Source of the DNA: Narcine bancroftii
Lineage: Eukaryota
NCBI RefSeq assembly: GCF_036971445.1
Contig: NC_091469.1
Location: forward strand, 26,474,001-26,538,000
Reading direction: 5' to 3'
Length of the DNA: 64,000 nucleotides
Shown here: piece after piece, positions 24,008 through 35,859 of the stretch
Position numbering within the stretch: position 1 is the first letter of the stretch
How the letters are laid out: the number at the start of each line of letters is the position of its first letter
Notes under the pieces: model-generated
Databases searched by the model: none
Seen by the model: only the letters and a program-made list of their open reading frames with translations
What the model was told of the DNA's origin: nothing
Program-made: the position numbers and the translations under genes

Positions 24008-24100
24008 ATTCTCTTGTTCATCGTCTTACTCTCTTGGGGATTTGTTATCTACGCATCCAAGATGACAGCTATTCAGTATCTGCAGAAAATGCAAAATTAG
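24008..24100 (+). CDS. SMIM27: Small integral membrane protein 27, coding exon 2
   Basis: Acceptor tcttatttcatag| then ILLFIVLLSWGFVIYASKMTAIQYLQKMQN* (human as recalled: LLLAIVLISWGCIIYAS...). In frame with exon 1, giving 45 aa with one transmembrane helix. Confidence 0.9.
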   Translation: MLLFIVLLSWGFVIYASKMTAIQYLQKMQN

Positions 24101-24991
24101 AACTTCAGAATATTCTGCTTGTCTGGACCAAATACCATGAGACCAGGTGAAAAGTCTCAGCACTAACTTCACAATATGCTAATGGAAGATCATGAGCCAG
24201 AATCAAAATATTCAAAGCTGGTAATAAGTTCTGTTGTGAGAATTGCAAATATGATTTTGTTCATGTGCATCAGATGATTGTTTCAGATAGCAAAATGGTT
24301 TTATTTACTTCTCAAACTATCACTTAAATTCTAATATGTATATAAATGATGATGATAAAAATAATGATAGTTTTTTTAAAGAAAGATGTGGCTCTCTACT
24401 TAATATTAGGACTCTAATAATAATAGATGGACAATTATCAGTCACATCAGTATGGAACTTAGCAGATACTTCTTTCTCAGGAATGGTAAGAATGTAAAAT
24501 TGTTAATGTGGGAACTGGTTGAAGCACGTAACTTGGATTACTTCAGGGGAAGATGGATAAACACTTGAAAAAAATGTATAAAACCACAAGCTAATAATGA
24601 ACAAGGAAGGTGCAGTCTTTTGTAATAAGCATGGGTACAGATTAATATAACAACCAGTTTATCCTGGAGAAAAATAGTGCGTTCAGTAATTTGCAAATAG
24701 TGGATGGCATGGGGACAGAGTTAAGGTGTTGTCACGCTTCTTTAACTCCAAATTGCAGAAAGACAATCAATCTGGCCATTGGCCAGATCCTGTTTAACTA
24801 CATTAAATGGAGGTTATTGCATGTCTGGCTATATCAGGAATTAGAAATAAATTGTGACCAAAGCATACTTATTTCCACATTGTACAAAAATATTATAATT
24901 GGGCATAATTTTTCTAAATTGGGGAAAACAGTGCTGTATAGTTAATGTAAATACATATTTTTGTATATATATTGATGTTTTTACTGAACTA

Positions 24992-24997
24992 AATAAA
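24992..24997 (+). terminator. Candidate SMIM27 polyadenylation signal
   Basis: AATAAA preceded by TGTA motifs and followed by a T/GT-rich tract (gtattttt gtctttgtt). Confidence 0.45.
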
Positions 24998-25662
24998 GTT
25001 GTTAAATTGAAAGTATTTTTGTCTTTGTTAACTAAATCTCTAAATAGCTATTCCCTGATATATGACCAAGTTCCATTCTGATTGAGAAATAGACGGAAGT
25101 ATGTTAGAATGGCATATAGTCCCCACATTGATCCCACTGCCCCGTGCTCTCCCGACAGCCTGCTGTACCTGTACAGCATTCTTTTGTCCTGAGAAGAGAT
25201 GCTGTGATGTAGAAAATGCCAGGATATTGTCTGACGTGTCACTATCATACACACACAGCCATTAGCATTGGTGGACATACGACCAAGCATAATTTATATT
25301 TACATATTTTTCCTTCATTTTTAAAATTTATACAGTATTTTTTCAGTCATATGAAGCATAGATCATAAGTAGGGGAAAAGCTGTAGCCAATTTCATCTTG
25401 GTTTTTTTTTCTAGATCTTGGAGTCTAAGCATGACTGCCTTTGAGGAATAATTTAACATCAGGGTTGTGTAAGCAGGCTGTAATTGAGAGTGAGTGTTAA
25501 GAACCAAGAGCAGTGTTTTATAAGTTGTTCATAAAATGAACTTCACCCTTGTTAATCAGCATTTTAATGATAAATAAGTCTTTCAGATAGGAACAACTAT
25601 ATTCATGTCTTTCCTCTGAAGTTAATCATATAATAATTTGTATCAGATACTATGATGAACCT

Positions 25663-25734
25663 TTAATGGTGTTTAGGATGCTCATCATTGCTCAGTGGTG
25701 GAATCACTTCTCCAGTTTCCAAAATTGTGTCGCC
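25663..25734 (-). CDS. NDUFB6: NADH:ubiquinone oxidoreductase subunit B6, exon 4
   Basis: Acceptor ctctttcag| then GDTILETGEVIPPLSNDEHPKHH*, matching the NDUFB6 C-terminus. A candidate ATTAAA lies at 25563-25568 on the minus strand. Confidence 0.95.
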   Translation of the reverse strand, partial: GDTILETGEVIPPLSNDEHPKHH

Positions 25735-26804
25735 CTGAAAGAGCAAACAAAAGAATGTTACATCAGTGAATAAATACAGAAGAATCCTCATTTATCTGCA
25801 TCTATGGGATCGTGGATGTCAGATATGCAAAATTTTACAGTTGACTGAGACTCACTCTTACAATGCCTAACTAATACACCTACATTAAGAATAAGGTGCT
25901 TGAAAAAAAAAGACAGTGCAAAAAATAAATATTAAAAAAATCAGTATTGTAATCTTAATGTAATGTTCACATTAATCAGGTAATTCCTATTACTTACAAA
26001 ATTTAAATTCAAACTCCAATAGCTGGCATTATAACAATGTTGTGCTAACATTGTGCTATGCCAACCATGCCACAGTCGTAATTAACCCCCCCCCCCCCCC
26101 CCAATTTAAAACACCTATTTTTATCTACTGTATATGCCGGCATATAGGACAATCAAAATCAGGACGTCTTATACACTGGGACTAAAATCTGAATCTTGAC
26201 AGTGAAGTCTCAACACCACTGCCATGATCCCCCCCTCCATATCCTATCCCCATAACGCCAGCTCCAACTCAGGCCCTCGCTGCACCTTCCTCATGCTGAC
26301 AATCCAACTCACCTCCATGCAAGTGGCAACAGTGAAAGAATGTGTGCGAATTGATGGCATTGCTAGTTCAGTGGGACAAACATGCAGGTGTCCAATGAAG
26401 TCTCAGAGCTCCCCCACTGAGTCCATCTGCCCAGTCTTATTTAATCACATTTATTTCCTTTTTTTGTCAGTTGTTTGAGTTTCATATAATGGGGATTTTA
26501 CTGTAATTCATTTTAAGTCATTAATGCTTAACATGGTTTTTATAGAGTTGTCCCTCTGAACGAAACCAAATCTTAGAGTCCAGTGTTCCTCCAGTCTATA
26601 ATACTGCACCTCTGAAAAGGGTTCAGGCATGAATCTTTTGGAGCAGGTTAGCTTGACTAATTCCCACTGCGTCTGAAAGTCTAGTGTATATTATTCATTA
26701 TAGAAAAAATGTATCCATCGTTAGGTAATTTTTTACCTTTGGTTTCTGAGCTAACTGGTTATCTTTCATTTGTTACTGTGTAATCAACCTCCACATTAAG
26801 CATT

Positions 26805-27020
26805 CAAGTGGCATGGTTAATGTAACAATGCTGTTACAGCTTCAGTGACCGGGGTTTGAATCTGGCACTGTCTGTAAGGAGTTTGTATGTTCTCCCTGTG
26901 CCTGCGGGATCTTCCTCTAGGTGTTCCGGTTTCCTCCCACCCTTCGAAAGATACTGGTATTATTGGTCAATTAGGTGTAATTAATTGGGAGGTTACCATG
27001 GTGTAAATGGTAAATTAAAA
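26805..27020 (+). mobile_element. V-SINE (HE1-like)
   Basis: tRNA-like head and V-core. The Gypsy element begins in its A/T-rich tail. Confidence 0.7.
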
Positions 27021-27023
27021 TTT

Positions 27024-30000
27024 TGTGGCCACTGGAATTGCAGTGGACATGATGAAATAACCACACAAGACATTTCTTCAGTGAATCAAATGGATTTACT
27101 GTTCAGAACCCGCACAACCTTTTAAAAGCCCAAATCACGCACCCGACACACATTGACGTCATCACGCGCTGACGTCACATAGCCTGTTCAATGCCTTGTG
27201 GGAGTTGTAGTGCTATCATAATACCGCTAAACCCCACCCCCCAGAACTGACAGAAAGGTTTGTCCGCCTTTTAGGTGGTTGACCTCTGTGACGAACTGTT
27301 AGCTGCTGTAGTGGAGAAGACGTCACATAAGCTGGTTTAAGCCTGTCAATAGTGAAAGACTGTAGCTTCCCTCCAATGTCCAAATACAGGTCAACCTAGT
27401 TTGTCTGAGTATCTTATAAGATCCTTCAAAGGCATCTAGAAAGGTTGACCAACTGTTCCCCTATGGACGAAGACATATCCACAGTTTTTGAGGTCCTTGG
27501 GGACGAAGGAAGAGTTTTCCATGCAAAGATGGTTGTATAGGGGTCAGTTTTCCTACTGTCTCCCTCATCCTGGTCAACAGTTCCTTAGGATCATCGTTGG
27601 AGTTGGAATAGATGGGGACAAACCCCTCCCCGGGACCACCAACGGTGCGCTGTACACTAGATCAGCAGAGGAAGCTTGGTGGTCCTCCTTTGGAGTTGTT
27701 CTAAAGCCCAGTAATACCCAGGGCAGCTCATCAGCCCAGCTCAGGCCGTCTAACTGAGCCATCAAGGCCGACTTGAGATGTTGATGAAATCTTTCCACCA
27801 TTTCATTTGCCTGGGGATGATAGGCATTTGTATGATGAATTGTTCTACTGAGTAAGCGAGACAAGGTCATTCATCCACAGCGAGGAAGTAAATTGTGGTC
27901 CTCTATCTGAAGTAACATGTGCCGGTAAATCAGAATGAGACACCCAGGAACTAGAACCCCCAAGTACAAGTGTCTGCAGTAGCATCTACCATAGGCTCAG
28001 CCTGGGGCCATCGAGTAAACCTATTACTGTAAAAAGGTAACGGTATCCTTTTGAAACAGGAAGCGGACCAACAATATCCATGTGGACGTGAGCAAAACGA
28101 TGAGTCATTGCTGAGAAGGACTGCAGTGGTGACTTAGTATGTCATGGAACCTTTGCTTTCTGGCAGGCAATGCATGACCTTGCTATTTGTGTAACGTCTT
28201 TTTTTAAGACCATCTTCCACATGAACCTGTCAGAAACCATACAAATGGTCGATCTAATTGGATGTGAGAGACCATGCACAGAGTCGAATACTCGATGTTT
28301 CCATTATGACGGAACTACTGGGCATGGGTGTCCCGTTGATAGATCAGAGGAGTAGTTTGCCATGAAGTCCAAACTGGACATCCTTCAATTGCAGGTTCGT
28401 GATTTTCCAATAAGCGTTTGTCTCATGGTCATTGGTCACGTTGTTGGGGCGTGGCCAGAGCTTGATCTACGGACAAAACTTCAAGTGGAGCAGAACAGGA
28501 CAGTGCATCAGCTACTACACTGCCTTTTCTGGAAATACTTACTATTTTTGTGGAAAATTCTGAAATGAATGATAATTGTTGTCGTGCTGACCAGGGCTCT
28601 GCAACCTTGGAAAACGCAAATGTTAAGGGCTTGTGGTTGCTGTACATAGTAAAAAATTCTCTGCCCTCCAAAAAAATAACGGAAATGTCAAATAGACAAG
28701 TAAATAGCCAAAAACTCCTTATTAAAAGTACTATATTTCTTTTCTGCTTCACAAAGATGGTGGCTGAAGATTGCTAATGGTTTCCATTGTCCGTTAACAT
28801 ATTCATGAAGTGCATCTCTGACAGCCATATTGGAAGCGTCTGTGGAACGGGTGGGTGGCAAAGCATAGTGGCATGAGTCAGCAATGTTTTCATCTTCAAG
28901 AAGGCATTGTTTACCTCTTCAGTCCAATGGATAGTTTTTGCGTTACTGGACAGTAAATAAAAAAAGAGGCTTCATGATCTGAGCTGCTTCCGAAAGAAAC
29001 CGACGATAAATGTTCACCATTCCTAAGAATTTCTGCAGGCTTTTAACCATAGCAGGTTTTGAGTATTTGGTAATGACCTCAATTTTGGATGGTAGCAGGG
29101 TCATACCCTCCAGAGCAACCCCATGCCCCCAAAAAAATCAATAATTTCTTGTCCAAAAACACATTTATCTGGATTGATTGTCAGTCCAAATTCTTGAAGA
29201 CGGATAAAAAGAGTACGTAGATGTTCCAAATGTTCCTCCTTGGTCACACTGACCACTAAAATGTCGTCGAGGTAAACGAGGACATTGGTCATACTACGTC
29301 CTAAAGTGTCCATCACCTGTGGAAATGATTGAGCAGCATTCTTTCATCCAAATGGCATTCATAAAAATTTGAACAACCCAAACAGGGTAATTATTGCTGT
29401 TTTTGAAATATCTTCCAACTCCACCGGTACTTGGTGATAGCCACACACCAAGTCTATTTTGGAGAAGATTTTTGCTCTATGCAAATTAGCCGAGAAATCC
29501 TGAATATGAGGTATCGAATAATGATCTGGAATGGTGGCGTTGTTAAGCAGCCTGTAATCTCCACATGGTCGCCAACCTCCATTGTATTTTGGGACCACGT
29601 GTAATGGGGATGACCAGGGGCTGTCGGGCCTACGAATTATGCCTAGTTCCTCCATCTTGGCAAACCCACCCTTAGCTAAACGCAGTTTCTCTGGTGGCAA
29701 GCAACGTGCTTTTACATGGATAGGTGGGCCCTTAGTACAAATGCTGTGAGTAACACTGTGCTTTGCAGTGGAGGTGGAAAATTGTACGGTAGTAATTTCA
29801 AGGGAAATCTTCCAACAGCTTGAAGTATTCATCCACTGGCCTACTTAATGTTTGGAGGTGCAGAGCAGGGGTATAAGCGTCAACCAGAGGAATGGTCTGA
29901 AAAATAGTACCATCTATTAGCTGAAGCCCTTTTAAGTTAATGAGGAACAAATGAGCCCGAAGAAAATTTGCACCGAGCAAATGTCGGGATACTGCTGCTA

Positions 30001-31162
30001 TAATAAATGGCCAAGTGTAAAGATGATTCTTGAACTTGACATTCATCTTCCTCGTGCTGAAGGTCAGAATGTTGGAACTGTTAAGTGCGGAATAGGATGG
30101 CGTGTGTCAAAACCAGTGAGTGGAAATACACTAACTTCTAAACCCATGTCCACTAGAAATTTTCGCTGGGATAGTTGATCCCATACATACAATAGGCTTG
30201 CAGGTTTTTTTGCCAACTCCCGCAGTCCTTACTGGCGGTTGGCCTGAGTGTTTCCTGCAAATGAGCAGGGTGGAAGGCACTTGCGGGCATTTACTCCCCA
30301 ACGCCTGTGATAACACCAAGATGAGGTGTCCACAGACTGCTTGCCCATTTTAGGGCGTTGTTTGTTTGTAGGTAGTACTATGTTAAAAGCACTAGAGTAT
30401 GACACAGGGTCAAGAGTGGAGGGATTGGTTGCACAGACTTGTTTTTTCCTGCTGTCCTTTTCAATCTGCCTCTGCTGCTACAGCTCTTGGGTCTTCGAAT
30501 GAACACTTGGATAACAAGTGCCCAATATCATTTGGCATTTGTTCCAAAAAGAGCTGCTGGAATAGCAGATTGGAACTTTCACCAGATGCGAGGAAAATCA
30601 TTTTGTCCATTAGTTCTGCAGGGGCGCGGTCTCCCAACCCATCGAGGTGTAGTAGTTTGGCTGCTCCTTCCCTATGGGACATATCATATCCCGCAATAAA
30701 AGTGCTTTTAAAGTGTCAATCTTGCTGGAACGTGGTGGATCCCATAGAAAGTCACCAACCCTCTTAGCAACGGCCTGGTCCAGGGCACTGACGAGATAGT
30801 AATAACAAGTGGTGTCCATCTCAACTTTGCAAAGGTGAAATTGTGCTTAAGCCTGTTGGAACCACAGTTCAGGCTCAGCTGTCCAGAAAGGTGGCAGCTT
30901 CACTGTGACAGCTGTAGGATCCATGTTTGTCCAAAAATACGTTTTTGGACTTGTCGGGGCCAATTGTGGCCACTGGAATTGCAGTGGATATGGTGAAATA
31001 ACCACACAAGGCGTTTCTTCAGCCATTCAAACGGATAAACTGTTCAGAACACGCGCAACCTTTTTAAAATCCCAAATCACGCACCCAAAACGAGCTGACG
31101 TCATCACACACTGACATCACAGAGTAGGATCGATGTCTTCTGGGAGTTGTAGTGCCTCTACA
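27024..31162 (-). mobile_element. Degenerate Ty3/Gypsy LTR retrotransposon (CsRn1-like clade) in NDUFB6 intron 3
   Basis: Two ~198-bp LTRs (27024-~27220 and 30965-31162) with a 4-bp TSD ATTT. Gag starts at 30924 (MDPTAVTVKLPPFW...WFQQA) and has an H-x9-C-x3-C knuckle. RT (WRPCGDYR, FSKIDL, YLDDIL), RNase H (NHKPL) and integrase (AYHPQANEMVERFH) remnants are present. A purine tract adjoins the left LTR on the minus strand. Confidence 0.93.
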
Positions 31163-32089
31163 ATTTAAAAATTAAGTTTTGATTTTCTGTAATATAACAG
31201 AAAAACTGTTCTTTCACCTTGCAGTATACGTCAAAGTAAAACCAAACCAGACTACAGATCAGTCATTTTCCATGAGAAATAGGTTTATATTCCAAACCTC
31301 GACTAGGTCATTTAAGTCTGGACAAGCAATTGCCTCCTGAAAGATGTTCGTTAATGCTTAGACTACATTTCCTGATACGAGACTGAGCAACTGGCAGAGA
31401 TAGTTTCAGACATCTATTAGTTCAACGGTTCCCCTCAATATCTTGAAAATTTTAATCAACCCATCCTTTAATCCAGATGCCAGGGAATATAATCTTTGCC
31501 CCACCTTCTCTTTGTAATTTAATTTTGAAATTCAGGTATCATTCAATTAAATTTACTCCACACACACTTTGATTCCAATATACATTTCCCAAGGTGATAA
31601 CCAGAATGCAACCGTCTAATCACTTGAATTTTAGTCAACAACACAAGAAAACTAGAGCAGGAGTAGGCCACCAGGCCCCCAAACCTGTCGTTCAATATGA
31701 TCATGCTGGCCTCAACTCCACTTCCAACAAGTTCTCAATAATCCTCAGTCTTTCAAATATTTATCTTTCTCAATCCATCATAAATACTTCAAATGATCAT
31801 GTCTTCATCACTTTCTGGAGCAGAGAATTGAAGAGAAATTTCACTACATCTCGAAGAAAAAAATGACAAGCCCCTTATCTGGTGCCCATATCTCTCTGTC
31901 ACTCTCGATTCACCATCTACCCCTCAAGCCCTCTTATGATCCTTAAATTCTGACCAGAAAAATCTATTATTTGATATTTTACTTCTAATTACCCCTGAAT
32001 TTTCCCATCCGTTTAGAATTCTTTGAGATTATTTGGCTGCAGAAAAGCAGAGCACATGCTTGTACTTTTAAGATACAAGTGCAATAGAG

Positions 32090-33070
32090 GGTAACAGGGT
32101 TAGGGTTACTTGGATTTCCAGAAGGCATTCAATAAGGTGATGCAAGGATCAGTGCTGGACACACAACTGGTCACAATATACATTAATGATTTGGAGGAGG
32201 TGACAAAATGTAGTGTCGAAGTTTACTGATGATAAAGAATTGAGTGGAAAAGTAGAGGATACAGAGAATTTGCTGAGATAGAGAGAGCAGTCAGATGCTC
32301 AATGTGAGGTTATCCACTTTAGAAGAAAAAAATGGTGAAAGTTTGCAGTATGCTGCTGTGCAGAGAAACAGGAGTACTTGTGGATAAATCACATAGGGAT
32401 GGTTTGTAGGTGCACCTGTAATCAAGAAGGCAAATGGGGATGTTGGCCTTTATTATTCTAGGGAGTGAATTTAAAAGCAATAGCTTCTGCTGCAATTATA
32501 CAGGGTACTGGCGAAGCTGCACCAGGAGTACTGTGTGCAGTTGCGGTCTCCTCACTTGAGAAAAGCTGAATTGGTTTTGGAGGTGGTGAAGAGGAGGTTT
32601 AGAGATGATTCCAGAGTTGAGGGAGTTAGCCTTTGAGGAGAGATTAAGTTGTTTGGGACAACACTCACTGGAGTTTAAAAGAATGAGGAGATATTGCAAA
32701 AAATACAAAACAATGAAAGGAATAGATTAAATAGAAGCAGGAAACTTGGTCCAAAGGTAGATGAGACTAGAACAAAGGAATGGTGCTTTAAGTTTCAGGG
32801 AAATAGAATATAGACAGAGATGAGGAAGTAGAACTTCTCCCAGAGAGTGGAGAATCTGTGGAATTCTTAGCCCAAGGCAGCAGCAGAGGTATCTGATTAA
32901 ATATATTTCAGACACACATCCATAGATTTTTGCATAGCAAGAGAATAGTTATGGGGATAAGGCAGGTCAACTGAGCTGAGGACACAGCCAGATCAGTCAT
33001 GATCTTGTTGGAAGCCAGAGCAAGTTCAGCAGGTCAGATGGCCTTCCTCTGCTCCTATTTCTTATTAATT
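32090..33070 (+). mobile_element. Degenerate CR1 LINE
   Basis: LDFQKAF, YINDL and EYCVQ.WSP-type remnants. Confidence 0.75.
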
Positions 33071-33214
33071 ATGCTGTGTTTGACAACTGAAAGCCATTTA
33101 CTTTGGCTTGGATTTCACAGATGCAACTATTTCATGATTCCATTTTGGATTTCTGTTACCCAGCTTTTCTACTCCTTCACATACTACAGCATTTCAAAGA
33201 AATAAAAGCCAACG

Positions 33215-34030
33215 AAATGAAACAAAAGTCTGCAGATCCAGTGATGTAGTAAAAACACAATGCCAGAGTAACTCAGCAGGTCACAGTGTACTTTATATAG
33301 CAAAAATAAAGATACAGAGCCAACATTTTGGGCCTGAACCCTTCATCCAAGTATGAGCAAAATGTAGGTAGGCATCTGACTAAAATGGTGGGAAGGAGGG
33401 GCAGAGGGTGGAGTGCAGGCCCACAGGCAAGAAGTAATAGGTGGATAAGGGAGGGAGGGCGTGAGAAAATGGCTGGGGGATAGCCTGTGAATGGAAAGAG
33501 AAAGGGGTAGAGAGCAGCACGGTTAGCGCAACGCTGTTGTAGTGCCAGCAATCAGGACTGAGGTTTGAATCCCACACTAAAGAGTTTATGTTCTCCTCAT
33601 ATTTGTTTCCTCTGGGTGTTCTGGTTTCCACCCATGATTCAAAAAGAACTGGGGTTGTAGGTCAATTGGGTGTAATTGGTCAGCATGGGCTTGTGAGCTA
33701 AAAGGGCCTGTTACTGTGCTGTATGTCTCAATTTAAGAAACAATAGACACCCAGGTGGTCACAAGAAGAGCATGCAAGTTACACACAAAATGAGTCAGAG
33801 AGATAGGGAAGGGAGGGGGAAACAGGAAATGGACTAGCAGAAACTGGAGATTTAAGGCCATCTGGTTGCAGAGTACCCAGACAGAATATTAGGTGTTGCT
33901 CCTCCAATTTATGGGTGGCTATGGTTTGGCAATACATGAGACCAAGGGCAGATAAGTCATCGTAGGAGTGGGGCGCAGAATTGAAATGGTTGGCCACTGG
34001 GAGATCCTTGTCATTGATGAGGACAAAATA
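33215..34030 (-). mobile_element. Penelope-like fragment with nested V-SINE (~33515-33730, +)
   Basis: ANHFNSAPHS..DLSALGLMYCQ..ATHKLEEQHLIFCLGTLQPDG on the minus strand, with a SINE head and core inside. Confidence 0.75.
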
Positions 34031-34168
34031 AATGTGCCCTGATATTCTTTGGTGGGGTCGGTCCTGTAGAAGCCTATGGCACCTGGTTTAATTATGCCAT
34101 TTCAGAAAGATAAACAACTGAATTTGTTGACCTAAATTTGTTAAACCGATCCAGTAATGTTATCTTAC

Positions 34169-34213
34169 CGGAAAAATCCTTGGTTTCACGCTCACAATGC
34201 CGTATGGTTTAAC
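34169..34213 (-). CDS. NDUFB6: NADH:ubiquinone oxidoreductase subunit B6, exon 3
   Basis: ttccacag|VKPYGIVSVKPRIFP|gtaaga; 45 nt, phase 0. Confidence 0.95.
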
Positions 34214-35193
34214 CTGTGGAACAGAAACCAGATTGAAGAAATGCAAAACTTATTTAAATACATTTCTTAAATAAGTGAAAAAAACTCATGCTGATATTAA
34301 ATAAAGTAAGCAACTTGCAAACTTGAGCAGTGATCATCAACATAACTTTGATAAGGAACCACATAAGAAGATATCAGGAGAGTGACCAAAAGAATAGCTA
34401 GTGGTAGTTTAAAAGAACGATAGAAAGGTGAAGAGGTTCAGAGAGAAATCTCCAGAGGTTCCAGAGTACAGAGTCATGGCCACTGCTGTACGTACCTAAA
34501 AGAAAATACTCAAATTCCTTGAGCAGAAGCATATTGGACAGTCCTTTCTCTTATATTTCCTGTATATTTTACATCTCTCTCACAAGAAACTGGATGGACA
34601 CAAGTGCAAGTGGGAAAGAGGGAACAGAGGTGGTCTCGTCTTGTGGGCTAGCAATGATGGTGTAGGGCAGGCTTGAAGAACAGCTGGCCATGTCGAACAT
34701 TTTTATATGTTCTATTTTCATTTCTTGTGAGACTATCTGAAGACTACATAGGCCATTAAGCAATCCTTTTCCACTATAATTCTTAATTTCTGTATCCCCA
34801 ATTTATAATTTCCATTGTTTCAGGTGTTATTGTGGGTTGATACCTCTGGGCAATATTGAAAGTTGGTCATTGCTCGTTCCACTTTTCAAGTGAAGGTGAG
34901 ATATTCCTTCTTTGTACTTCAAGAGATAATAAACCCATTCTAGCAACTTGAACATACAATCTTGGCTGTGACCTCAATGGAGATAGAAACAGGAATAATG
35001 GCATGAAACAGATTAAGCCACCTAATCTCTCAAGTCTCTTGCAGCATTTAAAGTCAACAATATAGTTAGCATCTATCATTGTTCATGAAAGGAGTTCTCA
35101 ACTATTGCCCATGTGTGTACAAGTTTCTTAACCTCACCCTTATTGAATCCCATGGCATTGTTTTTGTAGTCCAATCGCAGAGATATCTCCACT

Positions 35194-35856
35194 GTTACAT
35201 CATAGACCAGCAGCAATAGAAATTTACCAAGACTTTTTTAAAATCAATATATTTATTAATAACTAGTAACAATATAACACCTTAATTTAAATCTAAACTT
35301 AGCCCCCAACTATGTGCAAATACACACGTGTGTGTGTATATTACCCAAACCATTACAGCTTAGGCACAATTCTGGATAGTCAGTTCCCAAAGTTCAACCG
35401 TAGAAATCCGGTGTTGAAACTCAGAACTTTTAAACTGATGTTCAGAAGTAATTATGAAGTAGATGAGACACTGAGTAATCAGACTGTTCAGCACTCATGA
35501 ATCCTTGTCAAGTTGCTTCCTGGGAAATGTTCTTTAATACAAATGATTGTCACAATTCCCCTCTTCCTTGTGTAGGGGAAATGAAACTTGTGACTTCCTT
35601 GATGCTTCCAAGAACCCAGGCAAGGGTCAGACAAAATGACCATCAGTATGGCCAGAATCCAATGAGGCAATTCTCCTGCTAATTTTATCTAGATATGGGT
35701 CAATCAAAAATGACCATTACAATGATCATAGCAGATCACTGTTTTCCCCTGACAAGGAGAAACAGCACAAGTGTCCATTTCACACAAAGTCACTCAGTTT
35801 TCTATCTCTTGCAGATCTCTGGTTACTTATTAATCAATCTTGCTTCTTTGATCACA
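35194..35856 (-). mobile_element. Possible solo LTR
   Basis: TGTTAC...TCACA ends, a minus-strand AATAAA near 35252, and organisation resembling 45745-46356. No convincing TSD. Confidence 0.3.
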
Positions 35857-35859
35857 TGA

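Noticed and set aside
24770-24788. Perfect palindrome ATCTGGCCA-T-TGGCCAGAT in the presumed SMIM27 3' UTR
   Set aside because: A single 9-bp-arm palindrome can occur by chance in 64 kb, and there is no other support.
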